Origin: Spirochaetia bacterium
GTDB taxonomy: Bacteria; Spirochaetota; Spirochaetia; SZUA-6; Bin103
Direction of reading: 5' to 3'
Length of the DNA: 64,000 nucleotides
NCBI GenBank assembly: GCA_965199955.1
Contig: CBDATQ010000002.1
Span: 1,024,001 to 1,088,000 of the forward strand
Below the pieces are notes generated by a model that saw only the letters and a list, made by a program, of their open reading frames with translations, did no database searches and was not told the DNA's origin. Below are positions 33,899 through 43,106 of this stretch, in pieces. The translations under genes were made by a program, and so were the position numbers. How positions within the stretch are numbered: position 1 is the first letter of the stretch; each line of letters opens with the position of its first letter.

Positions 33899-35854
33899 GT
33901 GTCCAGGTTGGTGGATCTGGCCTTCAACCTGCCGATCGACAGGAGGTTCACCTACCGGCTGCCCGAGGACGTCGACGGCGCGCCCGTCGGCGCCCGAGCC
34001 ACCGCGCCGTTCGGCAGGCGAACGCTGACCGGATTCATCGTCGCCGCGCGGGACCGGCCGCCGGCCGGGGTGACGGTTCGCCCGCTGTCGCGGATCGTCG
34101 ACGGGGAGCCGCTGGTCGATCGCCGCATGCTGTCGCTGGCGCGCTGGCTTGCGGACACTTACCTGTGCTCCCTCGGCGAGGCGCTGGCCGCGATCGTCCC
34201 CGGCGGGCGGCGCGAGTCGCCGCTGCAGGACGCCGTGCAGCCGGCGGTCGCCCACTCGCATCGGCTGACGCCCGCGCAGCGCGCCGCGCTCGAGGGCATT
34301 CTGGGGCAGGCGACCGGCACCTCCTACCTGTTCGGGGTGACCGGCTCCGGCAAGACGGCGGTGTTCCTGGAGGCGACGCGCAGCACCCTGTCCGAAGGCC
34401 GTTCGGTCATCTACCTGGTTCCCGAGATCGGCCTGACCCACCAGGTGGTCGCCGCCTTCACCGGCGCCTTCGGGGACCTGGTCGCCGTGATCCACTCCGG
34501 TCTGACGCCGTCGCAGCGCCTCAGGGAGTGGCGGCGGCTGCAGCACGGCCGCGCCCGCATCGCCGTCGGGGCGCGCAGCGCGGTGTTCGCTCCGGTGCGC
34601 GAGCTCGGCCTGATCGTCATCGACGAGGAGCATGACGGCTCCTACAAGGCCTCCGCCAGTCCGCGCTATCACGCGCGCCAGGTAGCGGCACAGCGCTGCC
34701 GCGTGGGGGGGGGGCGCCTGGTGATGGGGAGCGCCACCCCCTCGGCGGAGGCGTTCCTGCGCATGCAGTCCGGTGCGATCGGGCGCTACGACCTCGCGCG
34801 GCGGGTGGGCGGCGGCGCGCCCCCTCGTATCCACCTCGTGCAGCGCATGCCGAACCGCGGCGTCCTGGGCCCGGAGCTCACCGACGCGTTGCGCCGCGTG
34901 CACGCCGAGGGCCGGCAGAGCATCCTGTTCCTGAACCGGCGCGGGTTCTCCCACTTCTTCCATTGCCGTTCCTGCGACTACGCGATGACCTGCGAGCGCT
35001 GCTCGGTCACGCTGACCCTGCATCGGCCGTCGGGAGCGCTGGTCTGCCACTACTGCGGCTACCGGACCAGGCCGCTGCGCTCGTGCCCGGAATGCCGTTC
35101 GCTGGACGTCCGCTACGCCGGATTCGGGACGCAACGGGTGGAGGTCGAGCTGCGGCGGGTCCTGCCCGATGCGCGGATCGAGCGTGCGGATGCGGACTCG
35201 GTTCGCGGCCGTGGCAGGTTCGCGGAGCTGCTCGAAGGGCTTCGCGACGGCTCCATCGACGTGCTGGTGGGTACCCAGATGGTCGCCAAGGGGCTGGACC
35301 TGCCCGGAGTCAAGCTGGTGGGCGTGGTCGATGCGGACACGTCGCTGCGACTGCCCGACTTTCGCGCCGCGGAACGCACCTTCGCGCTGCTGGTGCAGGT
35401 GGCCGGCCGCGCCGGCCGGGCCGCCGCCGACGGGGAGGTGTACATCCAGAGCGCCCATCCGGAGGCGGCGCCGATCGCCCATGCGGCCGCCGGCCGCGTC
35501 GCGGAGTTCATGGCCGGCGAGCTCGCCGCGCGCCGCGATCAGCGCTTTCCACCGTTCGTGCGCCTGGTCCGCCTGGTCGTTCGGGGCCGGGACGAAGAAA
35601 GGGTCGCCGAAGCGATCGATCGGCTGGCGGAGGCGCTGGCCGCGGAGCCTGCGATGGCGGCCGCGGGCGTGGACGTGCTGGGGCCGGCGCCCTGCCCGAT
35701 CGCCAAGGTGGCGCGCAACCACCGCCATCACCTGCTGGTGCGCGCGCCGGCGATGCGACCCATCCTGGCCGCGGTGCGGCGCCTCGTGGGCGGGCTGCGG
35801 CTGGAGCCGGGAGTGCACCTGGAGCTCGATCCGGACCCCGTGGCCGTGCTGTAG
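33899..35854 (+). CDS. priA: Primosomal protein N'
   Basis: GVTGSGKT, DEEH, Cys-rich zinc motifs, QVAGRAGR. Confidence 0.95.
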   Translation: MSRLVDLAFNLPIDRRFTYRLPEDVDGAPVGARATAPFGRRTLTGFIVAARDRPPAGVTVRPLSRIVDGEPLVDRRMLSLARWLADTYLCSLGEALAAIVPGGRRESPLQDAVQPAVAHSHRLTPAQRAALEGILGQATGTSYLFGVTGSGKTAVFLEATRSTLSEGRSVIYLVPEIGLTHQVVAAFTGAFGDLVAVIHSGLTPSQRLREWRRLQHGRARIAVGARSAVFAPVRELGLIVIDEEHDGSYKASASPRYHARQVAAQRCRVGGGRLVMGSATPSAEAFLRMQSGAIGRYDLARRVGGGAPPRIHLVQRMPNRGVLGPELTDALRRVHAEGRQSILFLNRRGFSHFFHCRSCDYAMTCERCSVTLTLHRPSGALVCHYCGYRTRPLRSCPECRSLDVRYAGFGTQRVEVELRRVLPDARIERADADSVRGRGRFAELLEGLRDGSIDVLVGTQMVAKGLDLPGVKLVGVVDADTSLRLPDFRAAERTFALLVQVAGRAGRAAADGEVYIQSAHPEAAPIAHAAAGRVAEFMAGELAARRDQRFPPFVRLVRLVVRGRDEERVAEAIDRLAEALAAEPAMAAAGVDVLGPAPCPIAKVARNHRHHLLVRAPAMRPILAAVRRLVGGLRLEPGVHLELDPDPVAVL

Positions 35855-35865
35855 AATCGGGGAGG

Positions 35866-36348
35866 ATGCTGGAGTTGGTCACGTACCCTGACCCCCGCCT
35901 GAACGTGCGGTCGGAGCCGACCGACCCGGACGAGGTACGCGACCTGGTCCGGGCGATGTTCGAGACGATGTACGCGGAGGAGGGGATCGGGCTGGCGGCG
36001 GTGCAGGTCGGCCGGCCGTTGCGCGTGTTCATCACCAAGGTCCGGGACGACCGCGAGCGCGTCTACATCAATCCGGAGATCGTCGAGACCTCGATCGAAG
36101 AGGACACCGCGGAGGAAGGCTGCCTGAGCATCCCCGACATACGCGCCGACGTCACCCGTCCGGTCCGGGTGGGCGTGCAGGCGACCAGTCTCAAGGGCCG
36201 CATCTTCCGCCTGAACGCCCAGGGATTGCTGGCGCGCGCGATCCAGCACGAGCTGGACCACCTGAACGGTCGCCTGTTCATCGACCACCTGGACGAGCAG
36301 GAGCGCGCGGCGCTGCTCGCCGACTATCGCGGGTCGCCGCGCCAGTGA
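35866..36348 (+). CDS. def: Peptide deformylase
   Basis: GIGLAAVQVG, EGCLS, QHELDH. Confidence 0.95.
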   Translation: MLELVTYPDPRLNVRSEPTDPDEVRDLVRAMFETMYAEEGIGLAAVQVGRPLRVFITKVRDDRERVYINPEIVETSIEEDTAEEGCLSIPDIRADVTRPVRVGVQATSLKGRIFRLNAQGLLARAIQHELDHLNGRLFIDHLDEQERAALLADYRGSPRQ

Positions 36349-36854
36349 GCGAGCGCATGCCGAGGTACCGAGATCATCTTGCGCAAGCGCGGGTTCGCGT
36401 GTGTCGCCGCGCTGCTCGACGAGCAGGCGCCGCACACCTGCCGCGCCGTGTGGGACGCGCTCCCGCAGGAGGGGGACGTGTACCACGCCAAGTACGCAAG
36501 CAACGAGATCTACGCCCTGGTGCCGGCGTTTCCCGCCGAGCCGCCGGGCGCCGAGAACGGCACCATCGTGCCTGCCAGGGGCGACGTGGGCTACTTCCAC
36601 CTGCCGGCCGGGACGCGCAGCGCAGCCTGGGCGGGCGGGCGGTCGTGGACCTGGCGCTGTTCTACGACCGCAACAACATCCTGCTGTCGCCGAGCGAGGG
36701 GTGCCTGACGTGCAACGTCTTCGCCACTGTCGTGCGCAACCTGGAGCAGCTCACCGTCGCCGGCAACGACGTCTGGCGGGCCGGCGCCATCGGTGAACGG
36801 CTCTCCTTTCGCCGTCTCGAAGGGGCTGCGCTGGAGCGCTGGGGACTGGCGTGA
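36345..36854 (+). pseudogene. DUF3830-family protein with two frameshifts
   Basis: EIILRKRG...APHTCRAVWDALP...HAKYASNEIY in one frame; VVDLALFYDRNN...GERLSFRR in another; shifts near 36369 and 36641. Confidence 0.7.
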
Positions 36855-37111
36855 AACGCCTCACCATCGGTGGCGTCTGGCCCGACGACCGGCCGGGCGC
36901 CCAGGCCATCTTCATCGGCTGCAGCGGCCAGCGGCTGGCGGGGTGCCTGGCGCGCATTGAGCAGGAGGTCGGCAAGCCGGTGCCGAGCGCCAACCAGGTG
37001 ACCGGCTGGCACATGCTGCGGATCCTCGGCCGCACGGAGCGGATACCCCGGCTCGGCGCACTGGCGGATGTCCGCCTGGCGCACGCGACGGAGCCTCTTG
37101 CCGCAACATAG
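36851..37111 (+). pseudogene. C-terminal fragment of a maleate isomerase/Asp-Glu racemase-family protein
   Basis: DRPGAQAIFIGC...IEQEVGKPVPSANQVTGWHMLR. Confidence 0.6.
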
Positions 37112-37121
37112 CGGCGTGATC

Positions 37122-38051
37122 ATGCGTGTGCTGTTCGCCGGCACGCCCCGGTTTGCGGTGCCGGCGCTGGTGGCAGTGGCCGAACGGTTCGAGGTCTGCG
37201 GGGTGCTGACGGCTCCGGACCGTCCGGCCGGGCGCGGCCGCCGTCTTACCCCTGGGCCGGTCCGGCACGAGGCCGACCGCCTGGGCTTGCCGGTGATCGC
37301 TCCCGAGCGCCTCGATGACGCCTCCACGCAGGAGCTGGCCCGCCTGCGCGCCGACGTCCTGGCGGTGGCCGCGTACGGCGTGCTCTTCACTCAGCGGTTT
37401 CTCGACCGGTTCCGGCGCGGTGCCGTGAACGTGCATCCGTCGCTGCTGCCCCGGTATCGCGGCGCCGCACCGATTCCGGCGGCCATCCTGGCCGGGGAAC
37501 GGGAGACCGGCGTCACCATTCAGCGAGTGGTGCGGCGCCTTGACTCCGGGCCGATCATGGCCACGCGCATCCATCCCCTGGACGGCACCGAGACCACCGG
37601 AAAGTTGACGGAGGCGCTGGCGGCGACGGGCGCCGACCTGCTGGTCGAAGTGCTGGCCGGGCTTGAACGGGGAACGGTTCCGGAGCGGGCACAGGTCGAG
37701 GAGCAGGCCACCTATTGCGCGAAGGTGGCAGCCGCCGACGCCCGCATCGACTGGCACGCCCACGACGCAGTCGTCATCGAGCGCATGGTTCGCGCGTACG
37801 ATCCCTGGCCGCGCGCCCACTGCCGGCTGGGCAAGCGGCGCCTCAGTCTGCTGGCCGCGCGCCTGGGCGCAGATCTGCCACCGGGCGTGCCGGGGCAGGT
37901 CGCTCGCGTGGATGGCCATCAGGGGATCCTGGTGCATACGGCGCGAGGCACGCTGGGCGTCACCGAGCTGCAGCTCGAAGGCCGGCGCGCGATGGACTGG
38001 AGGTCGTTCGCCAACGGCTTCGGCGACCTTGCAGGAGTACGGCTCACGTGA
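37122..38051 (+). CDS. fmt: Methionyl-tRNA formyltransferase
   Basis: MRVLFAGTPRFA, PDRPAGRG, NVHPSLLPRYRGAAPI. Confidence 0.95.
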   Translation: MRVLFAGTPRFAVPALVAVAERFEVCGVLTAPDRPAGRGRRLTPGPVRHEADRLGLPVIAPERLDDASTQELARLRADVLAVAAYGVLFTQRFLDRFRRGAVNVHPSLLPRYRGAAPIPAAILAGERETGVTIQRVVRRLDSGPIMATRIHPLDGTETTGKLTEALAATGADLLVEVLAGLERGTVPERAQVEEQATYCAKVAAADARIDWHAHDAVVIERMVRAYDPWPRAHCRLGKRRLSLLAARLGADLPPGVPGQVARVDGHQGILVHTARGTLGVTELQLEGRRAMDWRSFANGFGDLAGVRLT

Positions 38052-39040
38052 GCGAGACCCCGCGCGGCACCACCGTCGTGACGTTCCCGCTGGCGCTGCT
38101 GACGGCGGCCGTCCTGATCGCGACGGCCGCCGTCACGTTCTTCACCATGGTCCGCGGGGAGGAGGAGACCCAGGTGCCGGCGATTGTCGGCGAGGACCTG
38201 CTGGCGGCGATGGAGCAGCTCCAGGAAAAGAGATTGGTCGCCCGCGTGGAGGGCCGCTTCACGTCGGAGGCGCCGATCTGGCACGTGGTGGCGCAGACCC
38301 CGGAGGCCGGCTCCCTGGTCAAGGCCGGCCGGCCGGTCACGGTGGTGGTCAGCCGCGGCCGGGCCGTCCCGGAGGTCGGCGACTACCTCGGCAGAGACAT
38401 CGACCAGGTGCGCCTGGAGCTGCAGACGCTGTCGGCCACCGGCGAGTCGCCGATCAGGATCCGCGAGGACGGCCCACGCATCAACGATCCCAGGCCGGCC
38501 GGTACCATCCTCGGACAGAGCCCGGACCCGGGCGCGGAGGTCGCCGAGGGCCTGACGATCCTGGTGACCGTGAGCCGCGGCCCCCAGGGCGACCTGGTGG
38601 AGGTTCCCTACCTCATCGGCACCACCTACGTCGCCGCCCTCGCCGCGCTGGCCGAACGCAACCACACCTTCGTGTTCACGGTCCGTGCCGGCGGCACGGA
38701 GGCCTTGCCCGGGACGGTGGTCTTCCAGTCGCCCGACGGCGGCGCCGAGGTCCCGCACAGCACCGTCCTGCAGGTGGGCATCACCCGCCCCGCGCCGGAG
38801 AGCGACGACCTGGTGTTCGGCATGTACGAGTACGAGGTGGAGCAATACCCGATCCTGGTGGACCTGACGCTGACCGCGGAGATCCCCGCCCAGCCGGACC
38901 CGGTCGTGCTGCTGGAGACGCGCTCCCAAGGCGGCCCGCTCGCAGTCCCGTTCATCACCCACCGCGACGCGGCGCTGGTGCTGACCGTCCTGGACCGGCA
39001 GGTCGATCGCCGGCCGGCCGAGCGTTTCGCCATCGACTGA
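38048..39040 (+). CDS. PASTA-domain membrane protein
   Basis: TM helix followed by three repeats (VVAQTPEAG..VSRG; ILGQSPDPG..VSRG; VVFQSPDGG). Confidence 0.88.
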   Translation: MSETPRGTTVVTFPLALLTAAVLIATAAVTFFTMVRGEEETQVPAIVGEDLLAAMEQLQEKRLVARVEGRFTSEAPIWHVVAQTPEAGSLVKAGRPVTVVVSRGRAVPEVGDYLGRDIDQVRLELQTLSATGESPIRIREDGPRINDPRPAGTILGQSPDPGAEVAEGLTILVTVSRGPQGDLVEVPYLIGTTYVAALAALAERNHTFVFTVRAGGTEALPGTVVFQSPDGGAEVPHSTVLQVGITRPAPESDDLVFGMYEYEVEQYPILVDLTLTAEIPAQPDPVVLLETRSQGGPLAVPFITHRDAALVLTVLDRQVDRRPAERFAID

Positions 39041-39075
39041 CCTGCCACGCTCGTGGTAGCATGGGTGGCTACAAC

Positions 39076-39147
39076 GCGAGCGTCGTATAATGGTCATTAC
39101 CCGAGCTTCCCAAGCTCGTGACGGGGGTTCGATTCCCCTCGCTCGCT
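39076..39147 (+). tRNA. tRNA-Gly (CCC)
   Basis: Acceptor GCGAGCG/CGCTCGC, anticodon arm CGAGC-TTCCCAA-GCTCG, T-loop GTTCGATT. Confidence 0.95.
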
Positions 39148-39197
39148 GACCCTGTGCCGACGCCGGCCGCACACGATCCGCACAGCTCGCTTCGTAG

Positions 39198-40664
39198 CCT
39201 CCAGCCCGAGGTCTGTCGCAAGGCACCGCGACAGGAGCAATCCGCCTAGAGGGCATCGCCACCCGCCCCGTCCAGCAGAAACCTGAACGAAACCCGAATC
39301 CGTCTAGTGCCGATGGGGACACCTGGCAGGTGGCGAACGTTTCGATGGGGTCCGACCGTCTGTTCGGTATCGCCTGGAACGGCTCCCGGTTTGTCGCGGT
39401 CGGACGCAAAGGCTCGGAACCCCAGATCCTGTACAGCGACGATGGCGCGAACTGGACGGAGGTCGGTGATACCGCGACGACGGTGCCTCTTGACGGAGTA
39501 GCCTGGGGCGGCACGCGCTTCGTTGCCGTCGGGCGCGGAGGAACGATCGTACACAGCGCCGACGGGATGGCCTGGGAGGCTGCGACCGCTACGGCTACCG
39601 GGGCTTCGTTGCGGAACGTCGCTTGGAGCGGCACCCGGTTCGTGGCGGTCGGCAATGGCGGCACGATCGTGTCCAGTAGTGACGGCACTACCTGGACGGA
39701 ATCCGGCGACACCGCGACCGATCACACTCTTCTCGGAATAGCGGGGAACGGCGATAGCGGGCTCAACGGAGCGATCGTTTATGAAGACGAAGGCGCCAAT
39801 TGGATTCTGGCGGATACGGGCGGAGCGTCGCTGCCTGAACTTCTCCACGTGTCCTGGGGCGGCGGCCGCTTTGTCGCGGTCGGCGCCAACGGCACGGTCG
39901 TGCATAGTGCCGACGGTCTGAGTTGGACAGAGACGCTTGGCACCGACGAAGAGGTGCGGTGGATAGCGTGGGGCGGCGGCCGCTTTGTCGCCGTCCGAAG
40001 CGACGGCGCGATCGCGCACAGCGCTGACGCCGTGACGTGGACGCGGGCGAGCGCTTCTGCTACGGAGGAGGGCTTGGTCGACGTAGCCTGGGCCAATGGC
40101 CATTTCGTCGCCGTTGGTAACGCAGGCGCGATCGTCTACAGCACCGATGGTGATCGATGGACGGCCGCGAGCGACACGGCAACGCAACCTGATGACAGGC
40201 TTCTCCGCGTTACGTCCAACGCCACGCGCTTCGTTGCCGTCGGGCTGAGTACCGAAGGACGACCGGCACCCATCGTGTTTAGCGACGATGGAGATACGTG
40301 GATGGCAGCGAGCGACACCGCCGTGCCGTACGGGTTCTCGGTGGTCGCCGCGGGAAAAAGCCACTTCATCGCGATCGCCTTCAAACAAGAGCAACCTCGC
40401 AATACGGTCGTGGCGAGTGCGGACGGTGACACGTGGGTCAAGGCCAGCGAGCTCACGGTCCCGATCTACCTGAGGGATGCTGTCTATGGGAACGGGCGTT
40501 TCGTGGCGATCGGCGAAGGGACGATCATGCACAGCGCCGACGGCGGTTCAACTTGGACGGAGGTCACTCCCGCCCCCACAGGGCGCCTCCTCCACTCGGT
40601 AACCTGGAGCGGAACCCGTTTCGTCGCCGTCGGAGAAAACGGCACGATCGTGACCAGCCCATAG
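39198..40664 (+). CDS. Asp-box/BNR-like repeat beta-propeller protein, probably 5'-truncated
   Basis: About 11 units of ~40 aa, consensus VAWxGxRFVAVGxxGxIVxSxDGxxW; the frame is open upstream of the first GTG (39330) with repeat-like sequence and no signal peptide. Confidence 0.7.
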   Translation, partial: PPARGLSQGTATGAIRLEGIATRPVQQKPERNPNPSSADGDTWQVANVSMGSDRLFGIAWNGSRFVAVGRKGSEPQILYSDDGANWTEVGDTATTVPLDGVAWGGTRFVAVGRGGTIVHSADGMAWEAATATATGASLRNVAWSGTRFVAVGNGGTIVSSSDGTTWTESGDTATDHTLLGIAGNGDSGLNGAIVYEDEGANWILADTGGASLPELLHVSWGGGRFVAVGANGTVVHSADGLSWTETLGTDEEVRWIAWGGGRFVAVRSDGAIAHSADAVTWTRASASATEEGLVDVAWANGHFVAVGNAGAIVYSTDGDRWTAASDTATQPDDRLLRVTSNATRFVAVGLSTEGRPAPIVFSDDGDTWMAASDTAVPYGFSVVAAGKSHFIAIAFKQEQPRNTVVASADGDTWVKASELTVPIYLRDAVYGNGRFVAIGEGTIMHSADGGSTWTEVTPAPTGRLLHSVTWSGTRFVAVGENGTIVTSP

Positions 40665-40752
40665 GTTTGAAATACTGAGATGCCGAGCACAATGATACCT
40701 TGGTTGCAGGCGTGCCACCCCTTCCATAGACGGAACCGGCATTCAGGTTGTA

Positions 40753-41091
40753 ATGATGGGGCCGAACCGGGCACCCTACGGCAATGCGTGGAGATTCCGC
40801 AGTCATCGATCTCGCAATCGCTTGCTCACCAACGTGTTGCCTGTGGCAATTGGCGCAGCGACCCTCGGTGTCGCTGTCTATGGCATCATGAACCCATATG
40901 GCGCAGTTGAAAGGAAGCCCTCCCTGTACCTTTTTGTCACGGCTGTGCCATATTCTGAGATGACTATATCGGGGACACCGGTCGAGGAAGTGTTAGCGAA
41001 CGGGATTGGAGTGTCCCCGATTGACGGCGCCGGATATCCTGTATTCCTGGTGGAGAACTCAGTTCATAAAGGCTTTATAAGCTCAAGATAG
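40753..41091 (+). CDS. Small AT-richer hypothetical ORF with one hydrophobic segment
   Basis: ORF track only; no recognisable motif. Confidence 0.3.
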   Translation: MMGPNRAPYGNAWRFRSHRSRNRLLTNVLPVAIGAATLGVAVYGIMNPYGAVERKPSLYLFVTAVPYSEMTISGTPVEEVLANGIGVSPIDGAGYPVFLVENSVHKGFISSR

Positions 41092-41201
41092 AGGGCGTGG
41101 ACGCGCGTTCGCTTCAAGAGTCTATGTCGTTACGATAAGGGAGGAGCCACCACCAGACATAGAGCTGTGAGCGCGATTCACAGGAGCATATGCCCGGTCG
41201 A

Positions 41202-42221
41202 TCAATTTTGTGTCGTCCGTGGATGGCGTCGTCGCAGCGCGTGTACCGCAACGCGATATGCGCCCAGGTAGAGCGCTGCCTGCACCCCGAGGGCGGGCAG
41301 TGCCCACGCGCGGGTGTGCGGGGCTGCGCGGACGAAGACCAGGCTGGCGGCCATCGCTCCCCACAGGAGGGCGCCGACGGCGGGGTTCGCGTAGCGGGCG
41401 GCTGTGGTACTCCGCAGGCCGCGGCGCAGGTTGCGGTAGATCAGGTGGTGCAGGTGGGCCTTGTCGGCGCGGCCGGGGCCATCGCCTTTGCGGAGGGTCT
41501 TCCTGAGGATCGAGTACAGCGTTTCCGACACCGGGTAGCCCAGCACCACGAGGACGATCCATGGGGACACCTCGGGATTGCGCTGCGGCAGCATGACGCC
41601 GACGGCGGCCAGAAGGAAGCCGACCAGGTAGGCGCCGCCGTCGCCCATGATGACCGGGCCGCGCGGGAAGTTGACCAGCAGGAAGCCGGCGACGGCGGCG
41701 ACGACGAGCAGGGCGAGTGCCGCCAGCTCGTCGTCGCCCGCTTGCAGGGCGACCACGCCGAACGCGGCCAGCATGATGAGGACGCCGCCGGCCGACAGGC
41801 CGTTGAAGCCATCGATGATGTTGACCGAATGGGCGATGCCGGCCATTGCGAACGCCGTGAACGGGATCGCGATCCAGGGGTACGCCAGGGCATAGTGGTC
41901 GACGAAGCCGATCTCCACGCGGGCGACCACGTGGCCGGTGACCAGGCTGAACAGAAGGCCCGCGAGCAGTGTCGCGGACATGCGCATGGTGCCGGAGACC
42001 TTCTTGGTGAAGTCCTCGGCGAGACCGGCCCCGAAAGCCAGCAGGCCGCAGACGCCCAGGATCGCCAGCTCGCCCCGGATCGGCGGCGGCGCGGCGAGCG
42101 TGGCCGCCCAGTAGCCGGCGAACACGGCGACGCCGCCGATTCGCGGCACCACGGTGCGCTGGACCTTCTGGGGGCCGCTCAGGCTGTCCAGGCTGAGCCG
42201 GCCGTGCCAGCGTCGGGTCAC
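41202..42221 (-). CDS. MraY/WecA-like polyprenyl-phosphate sugar-phosphotransferase (true start may be ~70 bp upstream)
   Basis: VPRIGG, NIIDGFNGL, MGDGGAY, HLHH; multiple TM helices. Confidence 0.88.
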   Translation of the reverse strand: MTRRWHGRLSLDSLSGPQKVQRTVVPRIGGVAVFAGYWAATLAAPPPIRGELAILGVCGLLAFGAGLAEDFTKKVSGTMRMSATLLAGLLFSLVTGHVVARVEIGFVDHYALAYPWIAIPFTAFAMAGIAHSVNIIDGFNGLSAGGVLIMLAAFGVVALQAGDDELAALALLVVAAVAGFLLVNFPRGPVIMGDGGAYLVGFLLAAVGVMLPQRNPEVSPWIVLVVLGYPVSETLYSILRKTLRKGDGPGRADKAHLHHLIYRNLRRGLRSTTAARYANPAVGALLWGAMAASLVFVRAAPHTRAWALPALGVQAALYLGAYRVAVHALRRRHPRTTQN

Positions 42222-42335
42222 GACGATCAGTACGCTGGCGGCGAGGGAGATGCCGGCGCCGATCAGGGCCGGAAGCGCTACCTGGTCGATTGGCGTTGTC
42301 CTGAAGGTGGGTTGCCGGCGGCCGGCATGCGCCCT

Positions 42336-43091
42336 TCAGACAAGGGCGACGGCCTTCGCCAAGCCGGCGGTCCAGCCGCCGTCGGCGTTGTACGCGGCCC
42401 CGGTGACGAAGCCCGATTCGTCTCCGGCCAGGAATAGCGCCACCCGGGCGATGTCCTCGGGGACCCCTATACGGCCCAGCGGCGCGATCTGCTCTCCGAA
42501 CCGCCGGCTCTCCGGCCGTTCGTTGAGAAACGGCGCCGACATCGGCGTTTCGATCCACCCCGGGCAGATGCAGTTGACGCGCACGCCCTCGGGGCCGTGA
42601 TCGAGCGCCATGGCGCGGGTGAGCTGCATCGCGGCTCCCTTGGTGGCGCAGTACCCGGCGATGTCGGATTCGGCGTAGAAGCTGTTCGCGGAGGCGGTAA
42701 TGATGAACGAGCCGCCGCCGGAGCGGATCATGGCGGGAATGCCGAACTTGCCGAGCAGGAACGCGCCCTTCACGTTCACGGCGAACATGCGGTCCCAGTC
42801 CTCCTCCGGAAGATCGACGACGGAGCCGTCCCGGAGAATCGCCGCGTTGCTGAACACGACGTGCAGGGCGCCATGTTCGCCCAGCGTCCGCTCGACGACC
42901 ACCTCCACCTGGTCGGCGGCGCCCACGTCCGCGGCGATCGGAACGATGCGGCCGTCCCCGGCGCTCGCGGTCTCATCGAGGCCGGCCGAGTCGATGTCGA
43001 TCGCCACCACGGCTGCCCCTTCGGCGGCGAACAACCGCGCAGAGGCACGGCCGATGCCGCTGACGATCGCCACCTTGTCCCTCAGTCGCAT
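42336..43091 (-). CDS. Short-chain dehydrogenase/reductase
   Basis: SNAA, YCATK, RVNCICPG, FLAGDESGFVTG; the glycine-rich motif is shortened. Confidence 0.88.
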   Translation of the reverse strand: MRLRDKVAIVSGIGRASARLFAAEGAAVVAIDIDSAGLDETASAGDGRIVPIAADVGAADQVEVVVERTLGEHGALHVVFSNAAILRDGSVVDLPEEDWDRMFAVNVKGAFLLGKFGIPAMIRSGGGSFIITASANSFYAESDIAGYCATKGAAMQLTRAMALDHGPEGVRVNCICPGWIETPMSAPFLNERPESRRFGEQIAPLGRIGVPEDIARVALFLAGDESGFVTGAAYNADGGWTAGLAKAVALV

Positions 43092-43106
43092 CCCGGTCGC
43101 CTCCCT

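Noticed and set aside
39330..40664. CRISPR-like repeat array
   Set aside because: The repeats are degenerate protein-coding units; no identical DNA repeats with spacers and no cas genes.
39076..41200. Integrative element with attL/attR at tRNA-Gly
   Set aside because: No integrase and no repeat of the tRNA 3' end found by eye.
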